DNA of 64,000 bases from Mobula hypostoma (lineage: Eukaryota), in assembly GCF_963921235.1 (NCBI RefSeq), contig NC_086108.1, positions 6,014,001 through 6,078,000 on the forward strand, given 5' to 3'. Of this stretch, positions 1-13,700 are shown piece by piece. The stretch's first letter is position 1. Every line of letters begins with the position of its first letter. Under the pieces are notes generated by a model, which saw only the letters and a program-made list of their open reading frames with translations, ran no database searches and had not been told where the DNA came from. The position numbers were made by a program, and so were the translations under genes.

Positions 1-125
1 TTTGCTGCTGCTTGTTTGGGGGAGGGAGGCTTTGGGGTTCTAACGTTTTCTGTCAATCATTCTTTGCATTTTTCTGTTTTGTCGATGTCTGTGAGAGTAA
101 GAATTTCAGGTTGTATACTGTATAC

Positions 126-869
126 CAGCAGTCCCCAATCACCGGGCCGCAAAGCATGTGCTACCGGTCCGCGAGGAAACGATATGAGTCAGCTGCACCT
201 TTCCTCATTCCCTGCCACGCACTGTTGAACTTGAACATAGGCTTGCCAACTGTCCCGTATTTGCTGGGACATCCTGTATATTGGGCTGAATTTGGTTTGT
301 CCTATACAGGACCGTCCTTGTCCCGTATTTCCCCCGCTAAGGTAGAGCATTCCTATGAAACCGTTCGTGCCGAAATGGCGTAAAGCGAAGGAGCAATTAC
401 CATTAATTTATATGGGAAAATTTTTTGAGCATTCCCAGACCCAAAAAATAACCTACCAAATAACACATAGAACCGAAAATAACACTAACATATAGTAAAA
501 GCAGGAATGATATGATAAATACACAGCCTATATAAAGTAGAAATAATGTATGTAGAGTATAGTCAGGAAGATTAAGCCAAAACCGAGTTGTAGAAAAAAA
601 ATTGGTACGTACGCGCATGCTGACACAGGTGCCCGTGCAAGGCTTCATGGTCATGGTAGTCCATCCTGGGGTAAACACAAATGTATGGGATTTGACTGCT
701 ACTTTTGTCCCTTATTTGGGAATGAGAAAGTTGGCAACCCTAACTGTAAAAGACATGTTGAGGTGAGCTTAACCCTACTTGAACACCCTCCTCCCCCCGG
801 TCGGCCGGTCCGCAAGAATATTGTCAATATTAAACCGGTCCGCGACGCAAAAAAGGTTGGGGACCCCTA
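126..869. mobile_element. Non-autonomous hAT element (MITE) containing a second nested hAT element
   Basis: TIRs CAGCAGTCCCCAA / TTGGGGACCCCTA, 8-bp TSD CTGTATAC (118-125, 870-877), inserted in a LINE 3' tail. Confidence 0.85.
238..777. mobile_element. Inner hAT-like MITE (TAGG(G/C)TTGCCAAC termini)
   Basis: 8-bp TSD CTTGAACA (230-237, 778-785), TIR match TTGGCAACCCTA at 731-742. Confidence 0.75.
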
Positions 870-1699
870 CTGTATACATTCTGTGATATTAAATTGAACC
901 ATTGAACCATAACTCTTTTAAACATTAATGGATTTCTAGCTTAAACAGAACAACCGCCCATCTCACTGTTGCCTTGGGAACATCTGATGTTTTTCTGTGT
1001 GACCAAATAGGGAAGTATCATCATTTTAAGTGTTAAATGTGTTTAAAGAATACTTAATAAAGAATATTATAATGGCAAATTCAATACACAGGTAATAAAC
1101 ATCATGTTGATTACAATGTGAGATTTTAATAACACAGTGGTTTGAACATACCTGTGCTTCCTAAATAACTGACACAAGATATAAGATTTTTTTAATATAA
1201 TGTAGATTCAGAAAATCGGGGCCATATCAGCAGATTAAAGATTTGTGGTTTTTTTTTTGCTCCATTTACATCGAAGCATAGTGAAATATGTCTTTTGCCT
1301 CAATGACCATAGCAGTCAGTGGATGAGCTAACACCCACACCTCACGAACCCTAACCTGTATGTCTTTGGTTTGTGGGAGGAAACCAGAGCACCTGGAGGA
1401 AACCCATGTGACTACAGGGAGAATGTCCAAACTCACTGCAGACAGCGGTGGGAAATGAAGCAGGTCACTGGTGCAGTAATAGCATTATACTGTTGTGCTA
1501 CATATTAATGATCCTGAGGATGTCAACCTCTGATTACTGACCAGAGCCATTTCTACACTCAGTCTGGGATTGCTGACTCAGGGGCACTGTTATGTGTGCT
1601 GCCTCACTGGTGCTGTTGCCTAGTGACCTGATGCCCTTCTGAGACAATTCATCAGTTTGGACGTCAGATGATGTCAGGACACTGATACAATAATCAACA

Positions 1700-2330
1700 A
1701 TCTTGTGAAGAAAGCTTTTGGCAAATTGATTTATGAAGGCCAATGTATTGGGTACAAGAGATGGGCTGTTATGTTGAAGTTGTACAAGATGTTGGTGAGG
1801 CCTAATTTGGAGTAATGTGTGCAGTTCTCATCACCTAACTACAGGAATGATGTAAACAAGGTGAAAGAGTACAGAGAATATTTACAATGATGTTGCCAGG
1901 TCTGGAGGACCTGAGATATAAGGAAAGGTTGAACAATAAGGAAGATAAGAACTGTATTCTTTAGAAACATAAAAGACTGAGAAGAGATTTGATAGAGGCA
2001 GACAAACTTATGAGGGGTATAAACAGTCTTTTTCCACTGAAATTGGGGTGGGACAACAACCAGAGGTCATGGGTTAAAGGTGAAAGGTGTAAAGCTTAGG
2101 GGAACATCAGGGGAAACCTCTTCACTCAGAGGGCCATGAGAGGCTGGAATGAGTTGCTAGCACAAGTGGTACATGCGAGCTGGATTTCAACGTTTGGATA
2201 TGTCCATGGATGGTAGGGATATGGAGGGGTATGGTTTTGGTGCAGATCGATGGGAGTAGGCAGTTTAAATGATTTTGACATGGACTAGATGCGTTGAAAG
2301 GCCTGTTTCTGTGCTGTATTTCTATATAAA
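1700..2330 (+). mobile_element. CR1 LINE 3' fragment (decayed)
   Basis: LYKMLVRPNLE-like coding remnant followed by a typical CR1 3' UTR. Confidence 0.8.
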
Positions 2331-3934
2331 TCAAATCTCCATTATTGTTTCATCCTCCTGATGGGAACCTGAGAAGAGCTGACACTCTCTGAGACACAGG
2401 TCTCCAGGCTGTCCCATTTTCAACTTCCTGCACGATCTGAAGAGATCGGCGATATCTGAGCAGTGTATCTCTGCTTCAGCAGACAAGTTTGCACCTGTAA
2501 CAATTCTTCTGCTGGCGAATGATCTGTGCATACACTGCATCACTGCACACACAGATGAGCCATCTTGTGCCGGGGGGGTGTGGGGGTGCATCCCTATTCA
2601 CATGCAGAACAGGTATCTACCGACATGTCACAGTCCCTTTGCTCCTGGAGGACCACAATTTGCTCCTGGGAGCATCCCTGTCCACCAAGAGCAGCAAATG
2701 TGTTTCTGCTCAATGATTCCTAACAACATCTAGCTACTGCTGTGTGACCAAGGTCAGAGATCTAGTTTGACCAACAGAGACAGGAGGACAGTGGTCTCCA
2801 CAGGAGCTGTTACCATACATGAGAGTGCGCACACAATGTCCAGAGTGAAGGGGGTGAGCAGGGCTCCACAGACTCTCCACAGGGTGCAGCAAGATACACT
2901 CTTCCACCCTCCTTTCTATCTCCTGAATTCTATCAACTGGCCTGATGGAGATCTCACCAACTCAGTATGCTTCGCCAATCAGTTTCTGCAAGAAAACATC
3001 TCAAGTGGCCCTCAGCTGAAGCTCTGTTGTAATGTGTGTGATACGCACCTCAAGCCCATCAAATGTGCAAAGGTCTCGATAGAATGAATGTCATGAGGAT
3101 GTTTCCTATGGTGGGGAAGTTTAAGACCAGAGGGTACAACCTCAGAATAGGACATCTAAAAGAATGGAAATGAGGTGGAATTTCTTCAAACAGACAGTGG
3201 TGAATCTGTGAAATTCATGGAGGCCAAGTCATTAGGTATAAGGTATCTAAGGTACAGATGGATAGATTCTTGATTAGTCAGGGTGTGAGGGATATGGGGA
3301 GGAGAAAGGAGCTGAGAAGGAAATGGATCAGCCATGTTGAAATGGTGGAGTAAGCTTAACAGGCCAAATGGCCTAAATCTACTCCTATATCTCATGGTCT
3401 ATTTCACCACCACGTGCACCCAGGTTCCCAAACTTAGTTGCCTATCCTCTCTCCACTTCTGCACATAATCTCTGGCTTCAAGCACCCAGATATTCAGCTG
3501 AGCTCCAAACCAAATGGTCTTCTGAAGATGGGGGTCAAACCTCTTCAGTATTAGAGCTTCACTCACTAGGTATATGACAAAGAATCCCACTCTTATCTGA
3601 AGTAATGACAACTTCACTTCCAGCTGCAGAGGATGCAGAGGCATCAGAGGAGTTGAACCAAAGGTTAAAAAATGTGAATTATGCTTCCAGTAACAACATA
3701 GGGCTGCCTGTGGACTCCAGCTCCGGATTGTTTGGGGGGGTTTGTTCACGAAGGCTTCCCCATGGGTGGGTATAGCTGCAAGGCAGCAGGGGTTTGAGGT
3801 CAAGTGTTTTTCTGCTCCCAGGTGAGTTGCCAACTACAGCTGATGAGCCCTATCTGCCCAAAATTTTTGTATATTTTTGTTGCATATATTTACAAACAAT
3901 AATCATTGTTAAAAAGGCACTAGTTGTGGATAAT

Positions 3935-4420
3935 AATAAACATGAGAGATTCTGTAGATGCTCGAAATCCAAAGCAATACATACAAAATGCCGGAGGAAA
4001 TCAGTGGGTCACATAGCATTAATGGAAATTAATAAATAGCCATCATTTCAGAGTGTGGCCCTCTTTCAGGTCTGGAAAGGAAGAAGGAAGATGTCAGAGT
4101 GTGAGGGGAGGGGTGGGGAAGGAGGATAGCCCAAAGTTAATAGGCGGAGCCAGGTGGGTAGGAAAGATAAAGGCCTGGAGAGGAAGGAATCTGATAGGAG
4201 AGGAGAGTGGACCATGGTAGAAAGGGAAGCAGGAGCTGAGAAGAGGTAAGAGGCGAGAGTGAGGAATAGAAGAAGAGGGGAAGGAGAGTTTTGTTTTACC
4301 AGAAGGAGATGCCATTAAGTTGGAGGCTACCCACATGGAATATAAGCCGTTGCACCACCCTGAGGGTTGTCTCACCTTGACCTGAAGTGGCCATGGACGG
4401 ATGTGTTGGACTACAGTGAG
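3935..4420 (-). mobile_element. Penelope-like element fragment (pLTR plus GIY-YIG C-terminal remnant)
   Basis: Same pLTR and purine-rich tract as 31718-32460; degenerate remnant of the [12 protein letters not shown] C-terminus. Confidence 0.65.
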
Positions 4421-4524
4421 AATGAGTAAATAGGAAATAACCAAATGTTGTGATGTTAAAGATATACAAGGAACTAAGTAAGCCTTTAAAATCAACTGCT
4501 AAAATTCAAGAGGCTCCAGGTGAT

Positions 4525-4706
4525 TTAGCGAGGGACAGCATAGAATTCATAGACATGGGGTGCAACCAGAATTCCAGTTGAAGCTGGTGAGATGTCGATG
4601 TCCTTGCGATTGATGACGGGCTTGAAGACAAAACTCTGCAGAAGACTGGTCAAAAAAAGGAAGAGTTCCATGCGAGCCAAGGATTCTCCCAGGCACATTC
4701 TTTTAC
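4525..4706 (-). CDS. CYP2: CYP2 coding exon 9 ([26 protein letters not shown]...AVPR*)
   Basis: ttgcag acceptor, heme-ligand Cys, TAA at 4527-4525. Absent from the ORF track, translated by hand. Confidence 0.94.
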
Positions 4707-7700
4707 CTGCAAGAGTACAGGGATGTTCTTGAAAAAAATCTGTGAAAGGTTGTTTACAGCACTCAGCACTATTTACTTAAAATATATTTCATAATTGGAG
4801 ACCTTTTTCGGGTTCCTTTGACTGTTTTTGGTAAAATTAGAGATGAATAATAAATATACCAGTGACATAATTACCTCATGAATAAACTAAAAAAAAGATC
4901 TGAGTTGGACTATAAGATATAGGAGCAGAATTAGGCCATTTGGCCCATCGAATATTCAATGCAATTCCATCATGGCTGATCCATTTTCCCTCTCAGCCTC
5001 AATCTCCTGCCTTCTCCCAGTATCCCTTCATGCACTGACTGATCAAGAATCGATCCACCTCTGCCTTAAACATACGCAATGTCTTGACCTCCACAGCATT
5101 CTTTGTTTTATATTCTAGTCCATTGAAATGAATGTTAACGGCGCATCTGACTTCCTCAGCACTGACTCAATCTGCAAATTAACCTTTAGGCAATCCTGGA
5201 CAAGGACTCCAAAGTTCCTTTGCACCTCAGATTTTTGAATTTGCTCTCCATTTAGAAAATAGTCTACGCTTTTATTTATTTTATCCAAGTGCACTTTCAG
5301 ACACTGTATTCCATCTGCCACTTCTTTGCCCATTCTGCTAATCTGTCTAAGTCTTTCTGTAGCCTCTCTGCTTCCACTAAACAACCTGCCTCTCTACTTA
5401 TGTTCATATTGTCCACAAACTTCACCACAAAGCCATTAATTCCATCGTCCGAGTCATTAACATATAACATTAAAACCGTACCTAAAACAGTCCCCTGTGG
5501 GCACCAATAGTCACCGGCTGCCAACTAGAAAAGGTCTCCTTTATTCTCACTCTTTGCATCCTGCCAATCAGCCAATGCTCTATCCATGCTAGTATCTTTC
5601 CTGTAACACCTTGGGCTCTTAACTTGTTAAGTAGCCTCATGTACGGCACCTTCTTAAAAGCTGAAGATCTGAGTACACAACATCCACCAATTCTCCTTTG
5701 TCTATCCTGCTTGTTATTTCTTCAAAGATTTGTCAAGCAAGATTTTTGCTAATGAAACCATGCTGACTACAGCTTATTTTATCATGCGAGTCCAAGTCCC
5801 CAAAAACACATCCTTGACAATTGACACCAACACCTTCCCAAACACTGAGGTAAAACTGGCCTATAGTTTCCTTTCTTCTGCACTCTCTTTCCTCTCGAAG
5901 AGTTGAGTGATTTTACAATTTTCCATTCTAATGGAAGCATGCCCGAATCAATTGATTCATGAAAGATCATTAGTAATGCCTCCACAATGTCTTCAGATAT
6001 CCTTTTCAGAACCTGTTTGATACTTATCTGCTGTCAGACCTTTCAGTTTTCCAAGAACCTCGTTCTAGTAATGGTAACTTCACACACTTCATGACCACTG
6101 ACACCTGGAACTTGCACCATACTGCCAGTGACTTCCACAGTGAAGACAGATGCAAAATACTTATTCAGTTCATCCGCCATTTCCCTGTCCCCTATTACAA
6201 TCTCTCCAGCATCATTTTCCAGCAGTCCAATATCTACTCTCACCTCTCTTTTACACTTTATATATCTGAAGAAACTTCTGGTATCCTCTTTAACATTATT
6301 GGCCAATTTACCTTCATATTCCATTTTCTTCTTTATGACATTTTTAGTTGCATTCTGTTGGTTTTTAAAAGTTTCCCAAACCTTTAACTTCCCAGCATTT
6401 TTTGTTCTATTATAAGCCCTCTCTTTGGCTTTTATATTGGTTTTGACTTCTCTTGTCTGCCACGGTTCTGACATCCTGCTTTTAGAATACTTCCTCTTTG
6501 AGTTGTATATATCCTTTGCCTTGTGAATTACTCCCAGAAATTTCAGCCATTGCTGCTCTGCTGTCATCCCGCCAGTGTTCTTTACATATCAATTTTGGCC
6601 AGCCCCTCTCTCATTCCTCTGGGTTTCCCCTTACTCTACTGTAATACAGGTACATCTGACTTCAGCTTCTCCTACTCAATGTTTCAGGAACTGCTTCTTC
6701 CCCTCTGTCATCCAATCTCTGAATGAACATTGAACCCATGAACACCACCCCACTATTTCTGTTTTTGCACTACTTATTAAACTTAACTATTTAATATACA
6801 TACATATACTTACTGTAATTCAGTTTTTTCTTATCATGTGTTCATTTGTACTGCAGCCACAAAGTTAACATATTTCACAGCATATGCTGATGATATAAAA
6901 CCTGATTCTGGTTCTGAAGAGTCCTTAAAGTGAATTCTTTGGTTGTGGGAACATTTCAATGATGGGGCAAGTGAGTGTAGTTATCTCCTTTTGATCAAGA
7001 GCCTGATGGTTGAGGGGTAGTAACTGTTCTTGAACCTGGTGGTGTGAGTCCTGAGGCTCTTGCACCTTCTACCTGGTGGCAGAAGCGAGAAGGGAGCATG
7101 GCCTGGGTGTTGGGGATCTCTGATGATGGATGCTGTTTACCTACAGCAGTGTTTCATGTCGGTGTGCTCAATGGTTGTGAGGGTTTTACCCGTGATATTC
7201 TAAGCCAAATCCAGAAAGCAGCAAGTCTGATGATTGGGAGCATTTTGTGCAACACTCATAAAAGTTGCTGGTGAACGCAGCAGGCCCAGGCAGCATCTCT
7301 AGGAAGAGGTACAGTCGACATTTCGGGCCGAGACCCTTCATCAGGACTAACTGAAAGGTCTAATTGCTAATTGGCCCTTCAAGTCTGCTCCGCCATTCAA
7401 TCATGGCTGATTGTCCATCACAGTTTTGAATTACCGGTCAGAGTTGTTAGCCCTGAGTTGAACCCCGGAACCTGAAGGATTGGTGGACTGCTGTTAGTCT
7501 GGCCTCTGCCCTTTAACCTGTTTGACATGGGTGACCCTACCCAGAAGCAAAGCATAAAGCTCTTACTCCAGCCAATATAGATCTCCGGGTCATTGAGACA
7601 TGCAAGCCTCCAAACGCTATGAGAAGGTTGTGGTTCTCTTGCAGGTGGGCAGAGAGGACCGGCAATATAATAAATAAGTGTATACCTGCTGAGAATGCCA

Positions 7701-10700
7701 TGAAATTTTCACTCTTTTTGAAACATCCATTTTCATCAAGGAAATGGTTTGCGTTAAAGGATTCTGGTGACTCCCAGTGGCTGTTGTCTTTCAGAGCAGA
7801 GGAAAGGACAGGGATCACAAGCATGCCCTAAACACAGAAACAAGTTCAGACATGGTTATGATCAAAAATTGTGTTAGATGACATTATGTCAACACATTAA
7901 AATAATAACTAATGACATTATACATCCCAGGAACGATGTATTGCAGTGGCTGATGTGGTATTGCTCCTCGGAGCACAGAATGTAATACATTTGTGGTCTG
8001 AAACCTGATCTTGTTGGATCGGTAATAATAGTATTATTGTTATAATATTAATGTCAACCTAGTCACTATAGTTTTAAGTATTGATTTCCACAGTTTAGGA
8101 GCGTAGTTCAAAAAAACAGACCCACCAATTATCTTTTGATACAAAGTTGCCTAAATTTAAGAGACCGGCAGAAGAAAACCTGAGAACACGGCCTCAGAAT
8201 ACAACGTCATCCCTTTGGAACAGAGATGAGGAAGAAATGAGGGGGACGTCATTGAAATCTATCGAATATTGAAAGCCCTAGACCTCAGTAAAATGATAGA
8301 GGTCCATGGCATTAAAACTGCTGGGAACCCCTGGCCTAGACAGAGTGGACATGGAGAGGATTAGGGCTAGAGGGCAGAGTCTCAGAATACAAGGTTGTCC
8401 CTTTAGAACAGAGATGAGGAGGAATTTCTTTTACCACAGGGCGGGGAATCCGGAATGCATCGCCACAGGTGGCTGTGGAGGCCAAGTCATTGGGTACATT
8501 TAAAATGGAGGTGGACAGATTGTTGATCAGTCAGGGTGTCAACGATTATGGGGGGGAAGGCAGGAGAATGTTGCTGAGAGGTGATAATAAAATCAGCCAA
8601 ATGGCCTGACTCTGCTCCAATTTCTTCTGCTCTTTCAGTGAACTACATACTAATATTTCAAAGCCCTACCATTTACTGCGTACCCCAATATACTGGAGAT
8701 TATTCCATCACCTGGAGTGTATGGGATGTCCAGGGAGGGGTAGAACCTGTGGTGTCCATTCCGGGGCAGCTCATTCATCTTTGGCGCCTACTGGACACTC
8801 TGCTCCCACCTGTGGCTCCAAGTAACTGACCTCATGTGACAGCAGCCACATCCCAGCACACCACTTCAACAGACTGGCTAAAGCAGGCAAGGGTAGCCAG
8901 CAGCCTTATATTCCGGTGAGAGAGACAGGCTTGTCTTAGTATGTGAAATCAACTCCAGCAGACTGGGTCGGTAAGATCTACAGTGAGATCCAACACCCAG
9001 GGAGGCGATACTTTAATGCTCCCTGGAGACAGAAGAGCATGACGAGGCACAGAGAAGGTCATGGTCATCCACTGCAACCAAGGAAGACCCAGTTTGTGAT
9101 GTTCGCTCATATCACTGGACCTGGACTTCTGAGATTGAGAGAGTGGAACTGCCCCAGCGCAACAGCTTCTCCAGTTTAAAAACTCTCCCGCACAGGTCTC
9201 CTGTCATCGTCGGACAGGATGGACAACCACCACCATTCCTCCTCAGCAACAAGCAAGTTAAGGACACTGTACTTTCCGAGGTACAGAATAGCTGGGACGT
9301 GATTATTTAATTTTAGGTTTGATGTTATTACAAATAATACAAATAAAACATTCATTATACTGATCTTGACTCTGACCTTGGGTATCAAATATCCTCGGAA
9401 GTTCACAACACTTGTTGTCATGTGTGGAACGCCCAAGGGAGCGATGTCAATGTATCGCTGGACCTCGTGGATGACCGCGTCAGTGTATCGCATCTTTGCC
9501 CGATCCTCAATTGCCGGTCTTCGATGAGATCCAATCACATCATCAATCTCATTATGAATCTTCTCTGGGAGAGGAAGATAAGCAAATCTTGTTGCCTGCA
9601 TTTCATTTACCAACATTTCCCAACTCGTCATATTGGTCAATATTGTCTGATTTTACACTCAATAGTCAGTTTATTAGGTACACCTGCTCATTAGTGCAAA
9701 TTTAGGATGACGAGAGAGCCAATTTGAGACTCTGCAAACGTTGTTAGGGGTTTGAACGTCCTCTGCAAGTCTATGTATCTCGCTGTATCTTCACAGTTTT
9801 CTGATGACTCTGCCATAGTTGGATGCATCAGCAAGGGAGATGAGGCTGAGTACAGGGCTACGGTAGGAAATTTTGTCACATGGTGTGAGCAGAATTATCT
9901 GCAACTTAATGTGAAAAAGGCTAAGGAGCTGGTGGTAGACCTGAGGAGAGTTAAGGTACCGACGACCCCTGCTTCCATCCAGGGGGTCAGTGTGGACATG
10001 GTGGAGGATTACAAATACCTGGGGATACGAATTGACAATAAACTGGACTGGTCAAAGAACATTGAGGCTGTCTACAAGAAGGGTCAGAGCCGTTTCTATT
10101 TCCTGAGGAGACTGAGGTCCTTTAACATCTGTCGGACGTTGCTGAGGATGTTCTACGAGTCTGTGGTGGCCAGTGCTATCATGTTTGCTGTTGTGTGCTG
10201 GAGCAGCAGGCTGAGGGTAGCAGACACCAACAGAATCAACAAACTCATTCGTAAGGCCAGTGATATTGTGGGAAGGGAACTGGACTCTCTGACGGTGGTG
10301 TCTGAAAAGAGGATGCTGTCCAAGTTGCATGCCATCTTGGACAATGTCTCCCATCCACTACATAATGTACTGGTTGGGCACAGGAGTACATTCAGCCAGA
10401 GACTCATTCCACCAAGATGCAACACAGAGCGTCATAGGAAGTCATTCCTGCCTGTGGCCATCAAACTTTACAACTCCTCTCTTGGAGGGTCAGACACCCT
10501 GAGCCAATAGGCTGGTCCTGGTCTTATTTCCTGGCATAATTTACATATTACTATTTAACTATTTATGGTTTTGTTACTATTTATTATTTACGGAGCAACT
10601 GTAACAAAAATCCAATTTCCCCCGGGATCAATAAAGTATGACTATGACTATGACTAAGTGCAGGATCACACAGACAACCGGAAGGGTTAAGTAAAACCAT

Positions 10701-13700
10701 GAATTTTATTAATAAACTAATCAGTTGAACTTACAAGGCCTTGGATAACTCATGATACTCGTTCAAAACTCCACTAGGCAGGGATCAAGACAATGGAGAC
10801 CCGAGAGGGTAGCACTACCCCTTTAAATACATTCCAGTGCACAAAAAAGTCTCTGCCCAGCTGATAAAACACCAGACTAATTACAGGGTTAACCAGTAAC
10901 TATTCTAATAAGAGACAAAAGTCCAAGGATACTTAACTGGACACCTGCAAAGTCTTGAAGAAGTAAATGGAAGGATCCAAGGACAATTGCAACTTAACTG
11001 TAAACTGGGGAAGATCTAACAATATCACATAAAAACCCCGAAGTGCATTAATATAGATAATTCTAATTAATAAAACACAGAGAATACAAAAAAAAGTCAG
11101 ACCCCTCAAAGAACTCTACCGATGACCCATGGTTGCGAGAGTGTGGGTTTCCTCTGGGTGCTCTGGTTTCTCCCACATCCCAAAGACGTACAGGGTAGAG
11201 GGATAATTTGTCACATGGGTGTAACAGTAGGGTGGATTAGTTGGACCAGAAGGGCCTGTTACCGTGTTGTAGCTCTAGATAAACGATGACTGTGTGGCTC
11301 AGCACAACTCCACTACTGTATTCAAGTTTGCTGACGTGGATCCAGTCAAAGGCAGTGATGAATCAGCAGTCAGGAGGGAGATTGAAAACGTGGCTGAGTG
11401 CTGTCATAACAACAACCTCTCACTCAATGTCAGTACGACCAAGGAAATGATTATAGACTTCAGGAGAGGGAAACCAGATGTCCATCAGCCGATCTTCACT
11501 GGAGAGTCAGAGCTGGAGAGGGTTAGGATCTCTGAATTCCTGGCTGTTACTGTTTCAGAGGACCTGTCCTGGACAGGAAAGTGCAATTGCAAAGAAAGCA
11601 CGGCAGTGCCTCTACTTCCTTTGGAGTCTGCGGGGATTCAGGATGACATCTAAAACTTTGACAAACTTCTTCAGATGTGCAGTGGAGAGTGTACTGACCG
11701 ACTGTACGGAAACACCAATACCTCTGAATGGAAAAACCTACAGAACATAATGGATTTGGCCTAGAATATCACGGGTAAAACCCTCACAACCATTGAGCAC
11801 ATCGACATGAAACACTGCTGTAGGTAAACAGCATCCATCATCAGAGATCCCCAACACCCAGGCCATGCTCCCTTCTCGCTTCTGCCACCAGGTAGAAGGT
11901 GCAAGAGCCTCAGGACTCACACCACCAGGTTCAAGAACAGTTACTACCCCTCAACCATCAGGCTCTTGATCAAAAGGAGATAACTACACTCACTTGCTCC
12001 ATCATTGAAATGTTCCCACAACCAAAGATTTCACTTTAAGGACTCTTCAGAACCAGAATCAGGTTTTATATCATCAGCATATGCTGTGAAATGTGTTAAC
12101 TTTGTGGCTGCAGTACAAATGAACACATGATAAGAAAAAACTGAATTACAGTAAGTATATGTATGTATATTAAATAGTTAAGTTTAATAAGTAGTGCAAA
12201 AACAGAAATAGTGGGGTGGTGTTCATGGGTTCAATGTTCATTCAGAGATTGGATGACAGAGGGGAAGAAGCAGTTTCTGAATCGTTGAGTGTGTGCCTTC
12301 TGGCTTCTCTGTCTCCTAGAGGGCATATCCTGGTGGTGCGGGTACTTAATAATGCACGCTGCCTTCCTGAGGCTCAGATCCATGAAAATTGAGAAGGCAA
12401 ATTTTACAAATCTCTGCAACTTACTTCGTTCTGCACAGTAACCGCGCCCCCCCCCAAACCAGATGATGATGCAGTCAGTAAGAATGCTTTCCACAATACA
12501 TCTGTAGAAATTTGCCAGTGCCTTTGGTGACATACCAAATCTCCTCAAACTCCTAATGAAAAATAGCCACTGCCTTGTCTTCTTTATAGCTGCACTGATA
12601 TGTTGTGACCAGACTAGGTCCTCAGAGCTATTGAAGGAAGTTGCTCACTTTTTCCACTTCCAATAGCTCTGAGAATAGGTTTGTGTTCCCTCATCTTACA
12701 CTTTATGAGAGATTGTTCTTTGGTCTCACTAATATTGAGTGCAAGGTTATTACTATGAAACTTCTCAACTAGCTGTATATCTCTCTCCATTACACCCTCT
12801 TGTCACCATCTGAGATTCTGCCAACAATGGCTATATAACATCAGCAAATTTATAGATGGTGTCTGAGCTGCTCCTAGCCACACAGTCACGGGTGTAGAGA
12901 AAGTAGAGCAGTGGGCTAAGCACATATCACTGTGGTGCACCAGTGTTGATTGTCAGTGAGCTGGAGATATTATTTCTGATCCGCACAGATCATGGTGTTT
13001 CGGTTGCAGTGGAAGATACAGAGGCCTAGATTCTGTAGCTTTTCACTCAGTTAGTTTTATCTTATTATCTCATGTTCTCATTATTTCTTGCTATCTACTA
13101 ATATTTGCATTTGCAGTTTGTTGTCTTCAGCACTCTGGTTGATCTTTCATTGATCCTGTTAGAATAACTATTCTGTAGACTTGCTGACTATGCCTGCATT
13201 AAAATGAACCTCAGGTTTTGTATATGGTGACATTTATGCACTTTGAACTTTAAAGATAAAATGAAAGAAAGAACTCAAATAGAACTGATGTTTTAAGATA
13301 TGACCTGTTCAGAGAAGCATTATTCGGCAGTACTGACATGCACACGTTGCCTTCGTCGTTCTTGCTGGTTGAAGGCACAGGCTTTGGAGGTATTGTCACA
13401 GCAGCTTAGACAAAGAGCATCCTGTAGATGGCACCCCATGAACCCATGGGAAAGAGACAAGTGTTCAGGGTGAGAAAAGAGCAAAACCTTTGGAGTGTCA
13501 GAAAGGGTACCAATCACACAGTCGACTTTGTTCTTCAGAGTTCACAGTTCTTTTATTATCAAAGCAAGTATGTACATTATACAACTTGAGATTTGTCTCT
13601 TTACAGGCAGCCACAAAACAAATAAACCTCAGAGGAACCCATTAAGGAAAAAGAAGACTGCAAACACCCAATGGGGGAAGAGGGAGGGAGAAGGGGGTGT

